From contig MU058004.1 of the NCBI GenBank assembly GCA_013265495.1, forward strand, positions 188,001-248,000: 60,000 nucleotides of DNA, given 5' to 3'. A program made the position numbers and the translations under genes. Positions 12,330 to 26,500 of this stretch are shown piece after piece. Every line of letters begins with the position of its first letter. Within the stretch, counting starts at the first letter, position 1. The stretch is from Vicugna vicugna. Lineage: Eukaryota. The notes below the pieces were generated by a model. That model saw only the letters and a list, made by a program, of their open reading frames with translations, made no database searches and was not told the origin of the DNA.

Positions 12330-13350
12330 GGTTGGGGGGCTGTGTCGTCAGGGGGTCAGTCCTCCCAGACTGGTCTGTGTGTTCCTCACGGCCCCAGTCA
12401 GTCTCACAGCAGGACTTTTTTGTAGAAATTGACAAATTCATTCTAAAATTTGTTGGAAATGCAAAGGATTTAGAGTAGCCAAAAGATATCTGATGAAGAC
12501 CCACGCTACCTGCCTTCAGGGCCAGTCGAGAGAGCGCTATTGGCACACAGACAGACGGACGGATCAGAGAAAGACCAGAGTCAGGGCTGACCCGTGTGCA
12601 CAGACGCTGATTCTTACAAAAGTGCAGCTCTGCGGAGAAAGAGGATCGTCTTTCAACAGGTGGAATATTTGGATATCCCTCTGTAATAAAGTTGAACTGG
12701 AAAACCTCTCACCACATATGAAAATTAACTCTAAATGGATCCTAGAACTAAATGGAAAACTTTAAACTTTAAAACTTCTAGAAGAAATCATAGAAAAAGT
12801 CTTTGCAACCTTGGGTCAGGCAAAAAGTTCTTGGATAAGACACCAAAATCGCAATCCACAAGAGAAAAAAACAGATAAACTGGACTTCATCAACATTATA
12901 AACTTCCCTGAAAGACATTGTTAAAAGAATGTAGAGACAGGGCAGGAAAATGGGAGAAAATATCTGCAGCTCATTCCGATAAAGGACTTGAGCCCAGAAC
13001 ATGGGAGCTCCTTCTGAGACCCCGTAACAGGAAAACCAACATCCCAACAAAACTGGGCCGTTGATTTGAACGGCTGCTCCATCAAGTAGGGTGTGGACGG
13101 CGGGTTAGCGCAGCATCTTGGTCGTTAGAATTACGTCAGGGCCACAGGGAGGACACCACACATCTGCCAGCACGTTTGGACCAGGACCGGCTGCCCCTGG
13201 TGCTTGTGAGGGTGTGGAGCACCTGGGACTCGCTGCCTGGGGAGCCTCACATGGCATGGCCCCCTGGGAAGACAGTTGAGCGGGTTTTTAGAAAGCTCAC
13301 ACTCCTGGGTGTTCACCCAAGAGAAACCAAAGCCTCTCTGCCCAGAGACT
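12330..13350 (+). mobile_element. Ancient L1 (L1M-type) ORF2 3' fragments
   Basis: gtagaaattgacaaattcattctaaaatttg, aaaattaactctaaatggatc, aaacttctagaagaaa, aaactggacttcatcaacatt. Confidence 0.75.
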
Positions 13351-15798
13351 TACGAACACCTGTGGCACGAGCGGAGCAGCCCGCGTCCCTCAGCAGAAGA
13401 GTGGGGACCAGCGTGGTCCTGGGCCAGGGCACCCGTGGGAGGCTGAACCCAGGTCCCAGCGTGGGGCCTCAGCCCTGGGCTCCTCCCAGGGGCCCTGCTC
13501 GAGGCACCCCCACTGCACTGGTGACTGCAGACACTCCTGTTTGGGGTGCAGTGGGTGGCGGTTCCCAGAGGGCCAGTGTCCCCTGCTCCCCGGCTAGATC
13601 AGAAGTGAGCCAGACTAGGTACTGGGGTCCTCGACTCCTGCAAATCCCCCTCCTGAGTGGTGGGCCTGCCCTCGGGCCACCTGCCCAGGGCAGCGAGAGT
13701 GGGGCATGTGCCCAGGAATGTGTGTACATGCATGTGCACAGGGCCTATCCACGTGGAAGGCTCTGCGCCCCGTGCTGGCACGTGAGGCGCAGGGGGTGGG
13801 GCTCCCTGGGGACCCCTTCCCTCCTGGGCTGCCTCCTCCCTCCCTGACCCTGACCCGCTCCTCCATCTTCTCCCCATATCCTTCCTGCTCCCAGAACTTC
13901 TGGGTCCAGTTGTTGCTGGCAGAACCTCCAAGGCAGGTTGGGCACTGTGGCTGCGGGTGGGTGGATCCCATGGAGGCCAGGTGCCTCCTCTCTGCATAAG
14001 CCCATGGCAGGCAGTGGAGGCAGAATGGTGAGCATCCAGGGAGCTGGCCCTTGAGTCCCACAGTCCTGCCTGACGCCGGTGCCTGGTTGTGTTTGACGTC
14101 AGGGCCGGGAGGTCTGCCCTGGCCACTTCGGCCCATGACGTGCCTGCCGGAAGCCACCCAGAGGGGCCACTTGTGGAGGAAGGATTGGTGTTCTTACGGG
14201 ACAGTTTTGGTCAAAATTTCTTGTAATGAGTTACTGGGAATTTCAGAGTCAGGATAACCTACAGCACCTCCCCCAGGCCAGCCGGTCGACGGCAGATCTG
14301 GACAGGACCTCGGCCCCTGCTCGACCGCGAGACCCCCTGGCAGCTTCAGGGGAACGGACAGGGCACCTGTAGAGGGTGTTGCGGGGTCAGTGCCACTGGG
14401 CACCTGACACACTGCACTTAACACACCAGGGGAAACGTGGTGCTTGTTCACGTGCATGTAATTCAGTGCAAAGGTGACTAGAACTGATATGGGCAAATTT
14501 CTAAACACGCAGTCAAGACTCTCACAAGTTCTGTCTTGATGGAAACCACATTTAAAACTCGGACCCCACTAGTCAGCCGCTGCTCCGCTTCCCAGTCCTG
14601 CGGGACCGGGGAGAGCCCGCCGCGGCCAGAGTAGTGCCCGCCACAGCAGTCCCAGCCTCCTCCTCAGCCCTCTGGCTGGTTCTTCCCTGCACTGCCAAAG
14701 AGAAGACTCCACACTGTGGTTGACCTGTCACCCATGGTCAGTGAGGCTCCAGAGTGGGGGAGAATTCGGGAAGTGGCTGTGTTCCCCACAGAGTTGGCAG
14801 GCCCCAGTGCACGAGACCCTGCAAAGCTGGTCTCTCCATGGTGGCAGCCCTCTCCTCTGGTCCACCTTCACTTGGACAGTGTGATGGCTGGAGAGGCGCC
14901 GGCCACTCCGTGTGGGTGTGTCTGTGTCCGTGTGTGGGTGTGTGCATGTACGTCTGTATACATCTGTATGGTGAGGAATGTGTATGCATCTGTTTTTTTT
15001 TTTAAACAAATGCCCTTGAAATGAAAAGCCATTTAAATGTTTGATTTTTAAAACATTAATGAGAAAATGAACTCTCTTCCTTTGTGCAGTACAGGTCTGT
15101 GAGCTTCAGCACGTGTGTATAGGTTGGCCACCACAGCGCAGCTAGCTTTGTGCAAAATGGTGATAAGTGTCAGTACCCAACCTGCCCTCGTACCCCGTTA
15201 GGTGCCTGTGCCCCGATGGGTTTGTGGTCAAGAACTGCCAGCAGCTCCGGGGACAGACGTGGGGGTGGAGGCCACACATCGTGGCTCTGGCGTGGAAGCC
15301 AGCTTGGGAGGCCGAGGGAGCCACTGGGGGATCCAGTCTCGAGGGAAAAGCGTGGGTGGGGCACTTGCTCGGGCTGAGGGCTCCTGGTGGTGTGGGGTGG
15401 CCTGTGCTGGGAGGCAGTTTACTGCTGGACGTTCAAAAGCCACGTCTAAACACGGAACCAAGAAACGTGTCCCAGATGCAGAGGGAACGGGGCCCACCCA
15501 GCCTTGTCCGAACTCAGCTCCCGGCTCCCGTGATGGGCTCCCAGCCGCGTGCTGTCCAGGGTCTGGGTCCAGGCCCGTCAGGGGTACGAGCGCAGACGTT
15601 ATCATGTAGAAATAAAGTACGAGTGTGGAGCCCCCAGGCCCAGCTGCCCACCCACCAGGCTGGACACAGCAGACAAAACCCCAGATAGTGGACGCACTGC
15701 CTTTTTACCATCGCTTCTCATTTCAGACGTTCATTTTCGTCAGGAGAAGAGGCTCATTCAGGGAGTGACCGAGCGCACCCCCTGGGGACCTGAGGGGA

Positions 15799-15914
15799 GA
15801 GCGTCAGCTCTGGAACACGACCTGGAGTGGGAGGGGGAGCGTCAGCTCTGGAACACGACCTGGGGGGGAGGGGAGCGTCAGCCCTGGAACACGACCTGGA
15901 GTGGCGGGGGGAGC
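15799..15914. repeat. 36-38-bp minisatellite, 3 copies
   Basis: gagcgtcagc(t/c)ctggaacacgacctgg plus a G-rich spacer at 15799, 15837 and 15873. Confidence 0.93.
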
Positions 15915-16063
15915 TGGACACTGTTGATCTGGCTCTGAAGTCCCTCAAACCTTTGCAGCTCCAGGGACACGCACAGGTGCCGGTCACTGTCTGGCCTTGG
16001 GAAGCAGACTGTGGTGGTTGGTGACACTGCTCTCTCTCTAACTGGTCACTTTGCTGCTTCCAG

Positions 16064-16159
16064 GTGTTCACCTCCAATGGCCCCACCGTGATCATGCCTA
16101 CCTGGTTCTGCTCCCGAGCCTGGTTTTCTCACGTGGGCCCGTTTGACGAGGGCGGGCGG
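16064..16159 (+). CDS. B3GNTL1: B3GNTL1 exon ([32 protein letters not shown])
   Basis: Acceptor ttccag at 16058-16063, donor gtaagt at 16160; 96 nt. Confidence 0.95.
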
Positions 16160-17455
16160 GTAAGTGCGGGCCCCGTGGGCCTCCCCCTGGGGTCAGGGAA
16201 GGCGTCACCCCTCTGTAGGGGAGCCTGGGCCGGCAGCGCTGGGAACCTGCCATCCTGGAGGTCTCCCCAGCGCTGCCTGTGTTGTGTCAGAGGCTGGAGG
16301 TCTCCGTGTGAAGGCTGGGGGCGCCCGGCGCATCTGCTTCTGGCTCCCCGGTCCCTCTCCGGGTCACAGTGCCCTGGTTTGAGGGCTGTCTGTGGGAAGG
16401 CGCGGGTGTGGGTGGTGGTGTCCCGCTGGCCCTGACGAAAGCGGCAGAGGAGCACCCCTCAGCTCTGTGGTCGGCGGGCCCCAGGCATCAGGTCCCAGGT
16501 CCGCACCCTCACCCACCTGTGGGGCCTCACCTGCAGAGCCTGGCCCATGCTGGCCCTCCCTCCCTGATAGTCTCAGGGTGAACACTCGGACGCCCAACTG
16601 GAAAGTAAATCTTAGGGTTGATTAGTTTGTTCATTTTCCCTAAACCCCCCTTAAACTGGCCTTGAGAATGCAAGTTCTGGTTCCCACAGTGAGGGGGTCA
16701 ACCAGGCATGTTAGGGCCCATCAGGCTAGAAAGCAGGGGTGGGGACCACGGCCCAGGCTCACCGTCAGCCCTGGTCCCTTGGCCCTGGGCCTCTCTGCCC
16801 TGCGTCTCCTCTCCCCTTGGGGCTGACCCTCACTGACTACACAGGGGCCATGTGGACCCTTGGGTTAGGGCCACCCCCTCCCTGATCCCATCTGCACCCC
16901 TGCCTGCCACTCATGAGCAGGGGTCAAGGATCAGGGACCAGGGATCAGAGACTATAAATCAGAGACCAGGGGTCACCAGGGACCAGGGACCTGGGCTGGC
17001 CTGGGGCCGTGGCTGGAGCAAGTGAGAGGTTTGAGCAGGAGGAATCCACCACCAGGACGGGGACGTGAAGTGTTTCCATGGCTCCTTCACAGAAACAGGT
17101 GGAGCTCAAGAGTCATCGCAGGGGGCACTCAGTGGGGCACAGGTGCCCCAAGGGCTGGACTGGGCCTGGGGGCTGCTCCTCAGTTGACTGTCCAGGTCAC
17201 GAGGCTGCAGTTCCCACCTGCAGAGAGAAGGGCAAATGACTGAGGCAGCAGGGACAGTCGAGGTGACCAGGGTGGCGTCCTGGACACAGGTTGTGAGCTG
17301 GAACCTCAGGGTTTTAACTGGGAAATGCACTCCTGAGGCAGGACTGGGGAGGGGAGTCAGATCTGGAGGTGGGCGCAGTCGAGTGTCCCCCAGAGGCCCC
17401 CTCCGGCCTTAAACAAGAAGGGAGTATAAGATGTGTTTTGTTGGCTCAGATCACG

Positions 17456-17500
<45 letters not shown>

Positions 17501-17567
17501 GGAGGGTGCTCGTGTGTGTGTGTGTGTGTGTGTGTGGGGGGGGGAGTGTGTGTGTGTCGGGGAGGGT

Positions 17568-17599
<32 letters not shown>

Positions 17600-20500
17600 C
17601 GGGGAGGGTCCTCGTTCCGCCCAGCCCAGCACACGCCCCCTGGGCTCTGAGCCGCCCTGTCCCCCTCCAGGCACTCAGACTCTCCTCTGCTTCGCAGTTC
17701 TGGCTGGTTTCTGTGGCTTCTGGTTGTATTTTATTTGCATTTCCAAGGTGACTGACGTCGCTGAGCAGGTTCTCATTTGCTGGTGGGCTGTGTGTATGCT
17801 GTCTTACGAAGCGCCCGCGCCTGTTGCCCCGTGTTCGGGGGGGGGGGTCTGTCCATGGCTGAGTTGGCGGCTTCCTGGTCAGACCCTTGCTTGTGGGTGT
17901 CTCCTCCCACTTCCGGTCTCTGCGTCCTGGGACCTCCTCTCTCTCCCACCTGCTCCGCGGGTCCCAGAGTCTGTCGTGGGGGCATCAGAGCAGGGAGACC
18001 GCAGGCGTTCCGCCCGGAGCCAGAGCCAGCTCTGTGCTCTCTCTGCAGACTTCTCCTGGTTTCGAAAGGCCTGTGTTTTGTCATCTCTGTTTCTTTGTAA
18101 ATGCCCTTGACCCCACGTGGCCTGGAACCTTCCCCGGTCCGCTTGTTTTCAGTTTCTGAGGGTTGCGTGACCCCACCTGTGGCCTGCTCCCTCCTTCCCG
18201 TCTCCTGCCATTCGGGTTGCGTGGGTTCCACTCACAGCAGGGGCGGGTCCTGCTGGCTGGTCTCCTTCTGCCCCCTGGACTGTGTGCCGCGTCCGGCCCG
18301 GCAGAAGCCTCGGCTCACCCCGTCCCTGAGGCTCTGAGAGCTGCCTCCTGGCCGTGGACGGGAGCAGTGGACGGCCTTTCAGGGTCTGCTTTCTCCTCCG
18401 CGAGCTCTCCTGGCTTGTGCTTTTAAAGCATTCGCTGTGCCCCATTGTGACTTTGTTCCAAAGACTTGTTGCCCATTGGCTAGATTTCGTTTTCCATTTC
18501 AGCCACCTTCTCTTAACCCTTCTTACTTATTTCTCGTTTTCTTATTTATTTCCCTGCATTTCTGCGGTGTCCCTCGTTACACTCCTGTTCAAATCTGTTT
18601 TCCCTGCAGGACCTTCTGGTCTAATCTTCGTTTCTCACACAACTCTATCCGTTCTGAGCTTAGTCGGGCTTGCTGAGGGGTAACCCAGTGCCGTGTTACG
18701 CTGTGCAGCTCGGGCCCCTGAGCAGCCTCGCCCGCCGCGGAGCCCCTGCAGCCCCCCAGCCCTTCTATCTTTCCTCCTTCCGCAGGGCTCCAGTTTCATC
18801 ATTGAGTTTCTGCTCTATCCCCTCATGTTCCAATGTCTTGTTGACGGTCATAGCGTTTTTTTCTCCTTCATGGTTTTTGTTTTGCTGTCACGGGGCTGTT
18901 TTCTGCTTCCTTCTCACCAGGGCTTTGTGAGAGCGGTTCACGGGATTCCTGCTGCAGGGTCACCTGTCTGTCACGCAGGGAGGGGCCCAGGCCCGCCCTA
19001 CCCCGCTATCTCCCCCCGCAACACCGAGGACTCGGGCCCAGCCACCATCTTCCTGGACGTCACCTCTTCCCACACCGCAGCCTCCGTCTGCTGTTTGCAG
19101 AGTTGGGGGAGCCGGCCACTGCAGGGAGTACAAGTGAAGAAGCCAGGACGCCCTCCACCTCGCATGGAGCCGTGGCGGCCTGGCTGCCCCTCCCCCCACT
19201 AAATTCTCACTTTTCTTTTCACCAGAAATAAGGAAGCCCTGAGGGCTGAGTTCTCTTGTTCCTAAATCTCTGAGGTGCCTTTGAAAATGCAGAAAATTAG
19301 AGCAAGGAGCCGTGCTGTTGCCACAGCTGCCCTGAACTTGTGCGTCTGGCCTGTCAGCGTATGCTATGGGCAACTTCTGGCAGAGCTGAAAACACAGTCT
19401 TGAAACTTGATTTTTAATTAGCATTTTATTGTAAATCTTTTCACATCCTCGTGCTCTTTGTGAAGTGGCTTGAGTCTCCACATGGGTCCATCAGGGAGCA
19501 AGGATGTCTGCGCTTTTCCCGCAGCTCATTCCTCTCTGTCCTGCAGCCCTGACCTCCTGCGGTGGGTCCGTAAAGAGCACAGGGTCCCGAGGCCCCGGCA
19601 CCGGGTCGGAGGCCTTGTGAAGGCCTAGTGTAGCGCCCTGGGGGTAGGAGCCTGGGATTCCCGCCGAGTCGCCCTGGGCCTGGGGCTGCTGCGCCTCGGT
19701 TCGGCCTGGGGCACGCTCGCCACGGGGTGTGGACATGTGCCCGAGGGTCCCCTCTCTCGGAGGTGATAGCCACCAGGCTGCACCAGGACGTGGAGGCGGT
19801 CAGCCCGAAATGGCGTTGGTGCCACCTTGGCTGAGCTGAGCTCGGGGGTTTGAGAGTAAAACCAGCCTCTGCCTGGAGCCGTGTGTCCTGCAGGGTCCCC
19901 ATCCCCACCGTCACTGGGATCTGCCCACCAGATACCCCTCTGGGGAACTCCCTGCCCAGATGCTCTTTGGTTCTCACTTTGAGTTTGAGAGAGAGGAGCG
20001 GCCGTGGTTCCCTGTCAGGACTGAGGCCTGCTGGCCCCAGGCTGACCAGCCGGGCAGCGGCATCCCCAGCACCGGGCCCTGGTCTAAGTCTAGCCCCGGC
20101 GCACGGTGGGCAAGCTGCCCGGCTCCTCCAGGCAGGGGCGAGAGGGCTTGCTGTCCCAGGACGCGGCACCCGGAGGGGCCTGCAGACCCCCTGCAGCAGG
20201 GGTCATGGGGTCGAGGGTCGGGAGTAGCTGGTGGCCATGAGTGAGGGCACCGCTGGCCCTTTGGCAACTTCTCGCCCTGCAGGCGCCTCTTGTGGTCACA
20301 CTTGCCCAGCGACATCTGTGTGCAGGGGCAGCTGGACGTGTTGTTTGCCGGCCCAAGTGGCCTCACGGAGGGCGCTGGACACAGGTGTGTTTTCTGTCCC
20401 GAGTGAGACATGCCTCCTTTGTCCCGCAGGGTGTCCCCGAGGACCTGCTCTTCTTCTACGAGCACCTCAGGAAGGGCGGCGGGGTTGTCCGCGTGGACCA

Positions 20501-23500
20501 GAGCCTCCTCCTTTACCGCTACCACCCCGGTGCAGCCACACACTCCGTCCTCGAGTACGCGGCCTGGCCAGGCACGGTGGGGTGGCCAAAGCCCTGGCTG
20601 GTCAGCAGGGCAGACACAGTGACCCCGGTCCGGTCTCTGCCCCGAGACAGGAAATCTGGGAGCTGGGCCGGTGTGAAGAGCACTCACCTCCCTGGAGGTT
20701 GTCGGGGGCCTGGGGACCAGCGCGTCCCCAGGGGAAGGAAGGCCAGCATCTGTCCTTCCTGAGATCTTGTCCCCACTGTGAGCTGACAGGGCTCGGGGTG
20801 ACCCTGCCCCACCAGCTGCTGTGGTGACAGGGGGCTGCACATGCCCCTGCTTCTCCCCACCGAGGGGGCTGCGGGGACACAGGCTGGGCCACACCCCCTA
20901 CGTCCTACGTGGGGCATCCCCCAGGCCCCAAGGCCAGAGCCACCACGTCCGGGGTGCACTTGAGGCTGACTGCCAGGACAGGGCAGGAGACGGCGGGAAT
21001 GCAGGCGGAGGGACGCAAGGGAGGGCGTGTTCTTACTGCTTTATTTTGAAGTGTGTGTGCGTGCACACGTGTGTGTCCATGTGCACACGTGTGTGGCTGC
21101 TGCATTTCACATGACTACAAGCATGCGTCCCCTTTGGTGCCATTGCAATGCTGCCCACTTATGGGGACGGACAGTGGGGCCCTGAAGAAGGTCTGTGGTC
21201 AAGGGCTCCTCTGGATGGAAAGAGCTTGGAGCAGAGTGTGTCTGTGCTTCTGGAAGGGGGCAGGCTCATCCTCCCCCTGGAGGAGGTGACACTCGTTGGG
21301 AGGTGTGGCTTCTCAGCTTCTGCCCTGGGAGGTCTAAGGCCACTGACGCTGAGGGAGCGGCGTCCACTGCCGAGGGGCTGTGATGCTTGCTCATGCAGGT
21401 GCCGGGGAGAGGGGGCCGGACTGCAGCGTCCCTGAAACTGAGACTTGGCTTCTTTGTTGTCCAGCACTGAGCAGAACAACCTGGTTTCTCTTCTGTTAAA
21501 CCTGAATTTGGATACAGTAGCATGGTGAGGTGTCATGGTTCGGGAGTTCACTGTCATGAACTTGATTCAGTGCAAATGGGATTTGCACACATGGGGTAAA
21601 GGTGGTCTTAGAGGGGACGTAACAATCCTAAATGTGTCTATTCCTAATCACAGAATTTGAAAATATGCGAAGCAAAAACTGAGAGGAAGAAAGGGAGAAA
21701 TAGACAAATTCACAGTTACAGGTGGAGACTTCAGTTCTCCTTTCTCAGGGGCTGATCGAAGTAGCGGGAGTCTGTAAGGAGACAGAAGATTTGAACAGCA
21801 CTGCTGCCAGCATGACGGAACAGACATTTACAGAACACTGCATTCGACTGCAGAGAACCTGCTCTTGTAGAATGCAAGTAGACAGTACTTTGGGCCAATA
21901 AACAAACCTGAGTAAACTTTAAATGACAGATCGTGCAAGATATGTTTTATAACGTAGAAATCGTGAACACATCTTAAAAATCCAAAATACTTGGAAATAA
22001 AGCAACCAAGAGTAAAAAATCACAAAGGATATTAGAAAAAAACTAAGTTGATGACAAAACAGTACGTCGGAATGTATGAAATGTAGCTAAAGCAGGATTT
22101 ATTGTAAAATTTTACGGCTTTAAAAACATGTTACAGAAGAAACTATAGAGTCATCTATGTCTCCACGTTTAAAAGTCACTAAAGTAAACTCAGACAGCAG
22201 GAGAGAAAGGAGGAACTGAAGATGATGAAACTGAAAAAAACCAGCAAAGCTAAGAACTGGTTTGAAATGAAATCAGTACAGTTGATAGACCTTTAAGGAG
22301 ATTGACTTTGAAAAGGAAACACAGTTACCAAATTACCAATATACTGAAATGAAAGAGGGGGCATCGCAAGTCCAACAAACATTTAAAGTATAAACAATAA
22401 TTGAAAATAGATCCGCAGTTTAAATCCTTGATAAAGGCAAGTCACATGGCTTTATTGATACATTCTCTCAAAAACGTAAGGAGGAAATGATACCAACATA
22501 AGCTCTCTCAGGAAGCAGATGGAGAGAAAGATCTACTGGGTGTTGGGAAGGACTCACCTCACGAGACCAGCGTGACTGACACCGAAGTGCCACCAGAATA
22601 TTACAGGGAAATAAAAGTACAGACCAGTATCCCTTCTGACAGTAGGTGCAGAAATCACTCATAAAATGTTACCAGGTCAAGTTCAGAAGTGTCTATGAAA
22701 AAATAATACCTCTGTCTGGTTTAACATTCAAAAATCAATTGGTACGATTCACTGCAGTAACAGAATAAAGAAGAATCGCGTGATCAACCCCCAGTGCAGA
22801 GAAAGCACCTGGCAGAGTTCAGTGCCCATCTGTGACTTTTCAGAACTCTCAGCAAACTGTAAATGGAAGGAGACTCCCTCACCCTGATGGTATCCACACA
22901 AACCTACATCAGCCTCGTACCTCGTGTTTGAAGACAGAAAGCCTTCCTTCAAGGTCAGGAGGAAGCGAGGTGAAAGCCACTGCTTCCCTTCAGCACTGCA
23001 GTGGAGGTCAGTGCAGGAAGACAGGGAAGAGGAGACGCATAGGCTCGAGAAGTGGGGTGGAACTCGCGTCACTTGTGGGCGGCGTGACTGCTTCTCGAGA
23101 AGTTAGAAACAGTGACTCAGCACGTCTTCTAGGATGTAAGTTTATAGACGTGCAGCAAACAATGGAAAAATGCAGTTTGAAACAATGTGCAATGGCATCA
23201 AGTCAGTTTAACAAGGCACGTGTCTGTTCTCTGCAACCTGCCAAAAAGTGCTGTGGGAAATTACAGAAAACCTGTGATGCAGACGGAGAGAGAGGCCGCC
23301 CTCACGGGAGGAAGGACTCATATTGGCAACGTCACTTCTCCCCAGACTGGTCTGTGGACTCAGTGCAGTAGAAGTCCCAGCTGGCTTCTTGGTAGAAACT
23401 GATGGTCTGATTTTAAAATTTGCATGGACATCACAAGGCCCAGAATGGTCTAAACCACCTTGAAAAGAACGAAGTTTGAGGACTCACCGTGCCTGACTCT

Positions 23501-26500
23501 AAGACGTGCTCTGAAGCGACAGCGATCAGGAGCGTGCAATGACAGCGCAAAGACAGACAGATCAGTGAAGCGGAGCCGAGTCCACAGACAGATTCAAACT
23601 GGTTTTCAGCAGTCTCCAAAGGCATTCAACAGAAAAAGAAAAATATTTTCAAAAGAATATCCATATGGAAGAGAAGAATCTCACACCCTAGAGAGAAAGT
23701 AATTTTAGAAGGCTTAGACAGAAACACAGAAGCAGTGAAAATGTACAGCTCCTGGGAGAAAGCACAGGGGAGCATCTCCACAGTGTGGGGACCGGTAAAC
23801 AGTCAGCAGAGACGAGACCAGAATCTGTAACCACTTACCAGCTGGACTTCATCAACATTAAAAAATTTGCTCACAAGAATACACCATTAGGAAAATGGGT
23901 ACGCAGCCACAGACTGGAGGAAGACGGCCACAAATCTGTGCATCTCACAGAGGGCTAGTGTGGAGGGCACGTGAAGAACCTGTATCGCCCAAGACAAAAG
24001 CAAGCAAAATACTTCACGGGGGGCGACACTTCACACAGCGATACCGCATCAACAATCAGACACCAGTTCTACTCTGCACGCCTAATGGAAGGGCCGACGT
24101 CAACGTCTGCAGCCCCAGATTGCGGCGAGGATGTGGAGCTACCTCCGGACGCTCGCACGTCGTCCTCAGAAGAGGCGGCAACGCAGCCACTCTGGAAGAC
24201 TGGGGGCCTTATTTCATTAATTACACTGACCCCTGCCCTCTGACCCAGCAAGTCCACGTGTAGGCGCGTATCCTGGAGTAGTGAATGCACTGCTCGGCGC
24301 TCACTGTCAGCAGCCGAGAGGGAAAGAGCCCAGATGCCCCTCCACGGGCGACGGGCGACGGGCGAGCCCCCTCCACACGCAGAGCCTGCAGAACGGGGAT
24401 TAATTGCCAAACTGCGGTTAGTAGGAGAAGCCAGACACAAAAGCGTGCGCGCTGCGGCTTCCACTCACAGCAGACTCCCCAGCAGGCAGCGCTGGCGCAC
24501 GGTGCGCGGGAGAGACGGGCTTCCTCTGGGGAAGGGGGCTTTCCGGGGGCGCAGGTGTCACACGGACGCGCACGTCCGCCGTAACTGACCGACCCTGTGT
24601 GCACTGGACGTCCTTGCTCCCAACCCTGTAAACTGCCTGCATTCGAGTTACTAAGATACTGGCAAACGCTTCTTCAAAGAAGTAACCACATTCCCACCAT
24701 CCATAAATGGAACGGGAAACTGGCTGAACAGAGTCCAAAGGTGGTCACAGGCCCGCAGAGCCAAGAAAAGCCGGACGCCTGGAACCCCTCCAGGCCTCCC
24801 ACACCCACCCTCACTTTGAGCTCCTGTGAAGCAAGGTGAGGTGAGGCGGCTCGGTGAGGGCCTGGTGGCGGCCTCCCCCCGGGTGTCGGGGCCCGGCAGC
24901 TGGCCAGAGAGCTGAGCCACACACGCCGCATCCTGTCTGCGTGTGATTGTCTTTCATGTTGAGACCTTTTTCTCTTTTTGCAGCGTGAGGTTTTGCCACC
25001 CACAAGGTAAAAGAAGTGATCTCATGTCAGTTTCTGTGTCGGATTAAAGTCTTTGAGCAGCAAAACCCCGCAGAGTAGTAAGTGCTGATAACACCCTCAG
25101 GCTTGTCAATAGTTGAATTCCTTCAGAGCTCTCCCAGAAGCCTTCTGGGTAAGAGCGCTTCCCTGAATTTTGTCCTTTACACTTTAAGGTGAGAATATAT
25201 CACTTAATTTAACAGGTTCCACCATGAAACCCTTCAGCCAGAGGCATAAAGTAACAGGCTCTGAGCCAGTGTCTCCCCTCCCAGCCCCCGCGCCCCCTGG
25301 GCTGTTTCCCACACCGTCCACTTCTTCATACTCTTGCTGTGCGTGATGTCTCTGCACAACATGGTTTTCTTCTTTAGAACGAGGCCCATGGCCCCTTCCC
25401 ACCCTTCCCCCTGTGGTGGGGCTCCTGAGGTGGTCTGGACTCGCGGGAAGTTCGGTTCTGGCCTCAGTCTGGCCTCAGTTCCTTGGGTGCTGCCGACGCT
25501 GCGTGCTGATGGCCATGCAGGCGGGGTCTTGTTTGGGTTGGAGTGGGTCTTGCTCGTAAGTTTCTCTCCAAAACGATGTGCTTTGTGGCCCGGACTGGGG
25601 CGTTACTCACCTCGAGATCCCCTTGGCCCCTACCAAAATTACATCTGCTCAGCACAGTCCTGATTGAGACGTCACAAGTGGCTGGTGGGCGGACGGGCCC
25701 AGCAGTCAGGGCTGCTCACCCCGAGCAGGTGGACACTGCATCCAGAGCCCCAGCCACATCAGAATGGGCCCCACGCCCCCAGCCAGTCCCAGGCCCCACC
25801 TGGAGGAACTGCTCCCTTGAGATGTGCCGTGGGGCACTGGGAGCTGGTCGCCACGGAGAACACAGCAGGGTGGGGGCCGTTGCACCGCGGGTTCCTACTG
25901 CCACCCAGGTTGGGGTCCAACCCACGCTGCAGAGGGTGGCCGCAGGCTCCGGGGAGGGGGCGTGAGGGCTGGTCTGCTCGTCCCAGAAAGGGCTCCGAGG
26001 AAGGGTCCGTGGAAGGATGCTTATGTCAGGGATTCCTCTGGGGAGGAAGACTCGCAGTCTGTTCCACTGAATGCCTGGAGGACCCCCCCACCTCAGCCAC
26101 CTCGATTCCTAAGTGATGGTTTCACGTCTGCACCGAGGGCCAGCCTGGACCTCAGGTCTGCATAGAGCAAGGGCTCACGGAGGGGCCCAGCCATCTGGGC
26201 AGCATCCACAGGACACAGAGCCATGTGGCAGCCTGAGGTGGGGAGTTGTGTCCAGGCCCCTCTGGTCACAATGACCGTGGTGGCAGGTGCCGGATGTCAG
26301 GGGGGCCGGGTCTCCCTTGGGCTGAGTGTCCCCCATGCTTCCTGAGCGTGTGGGCGTGAGCTCTGCCGCCCGGGGGTTCATGTGAGGACAGGGCAGTCTG
26401 GGAGCGGGGCAGCAGGAGGCCCCGCGCTCCTGGGTCACCCTTCTCCCCTCCCTGCAGGACCACCATCTGGACCCACCGAGTCCGCTTCCTGGAGGAGCGG

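Noticed and set aside
15799..15914. Repeat-spacer-like pattern suggesting CRISPR (also 11884-11987 and 17457-17613)
   Set aside because: Mammalian intron, spacers are not unique, and there are no cas genes; these are ordinary tandem repeats.
17357..18110. HT-repeat and VC-repeat ORFs resembling metal-binding proteins
   Set aside because: Translations of the (TG)n microsatellite.
18760..18790. Strong polypyrimidine acceptor (ccttctatctttcctccttccgcag) as an extra B3GNTL1 exon
   Set aside because: The flanking exons already join in frame to the expected protein, and the sequence after the acceptor shows no similarity to it.
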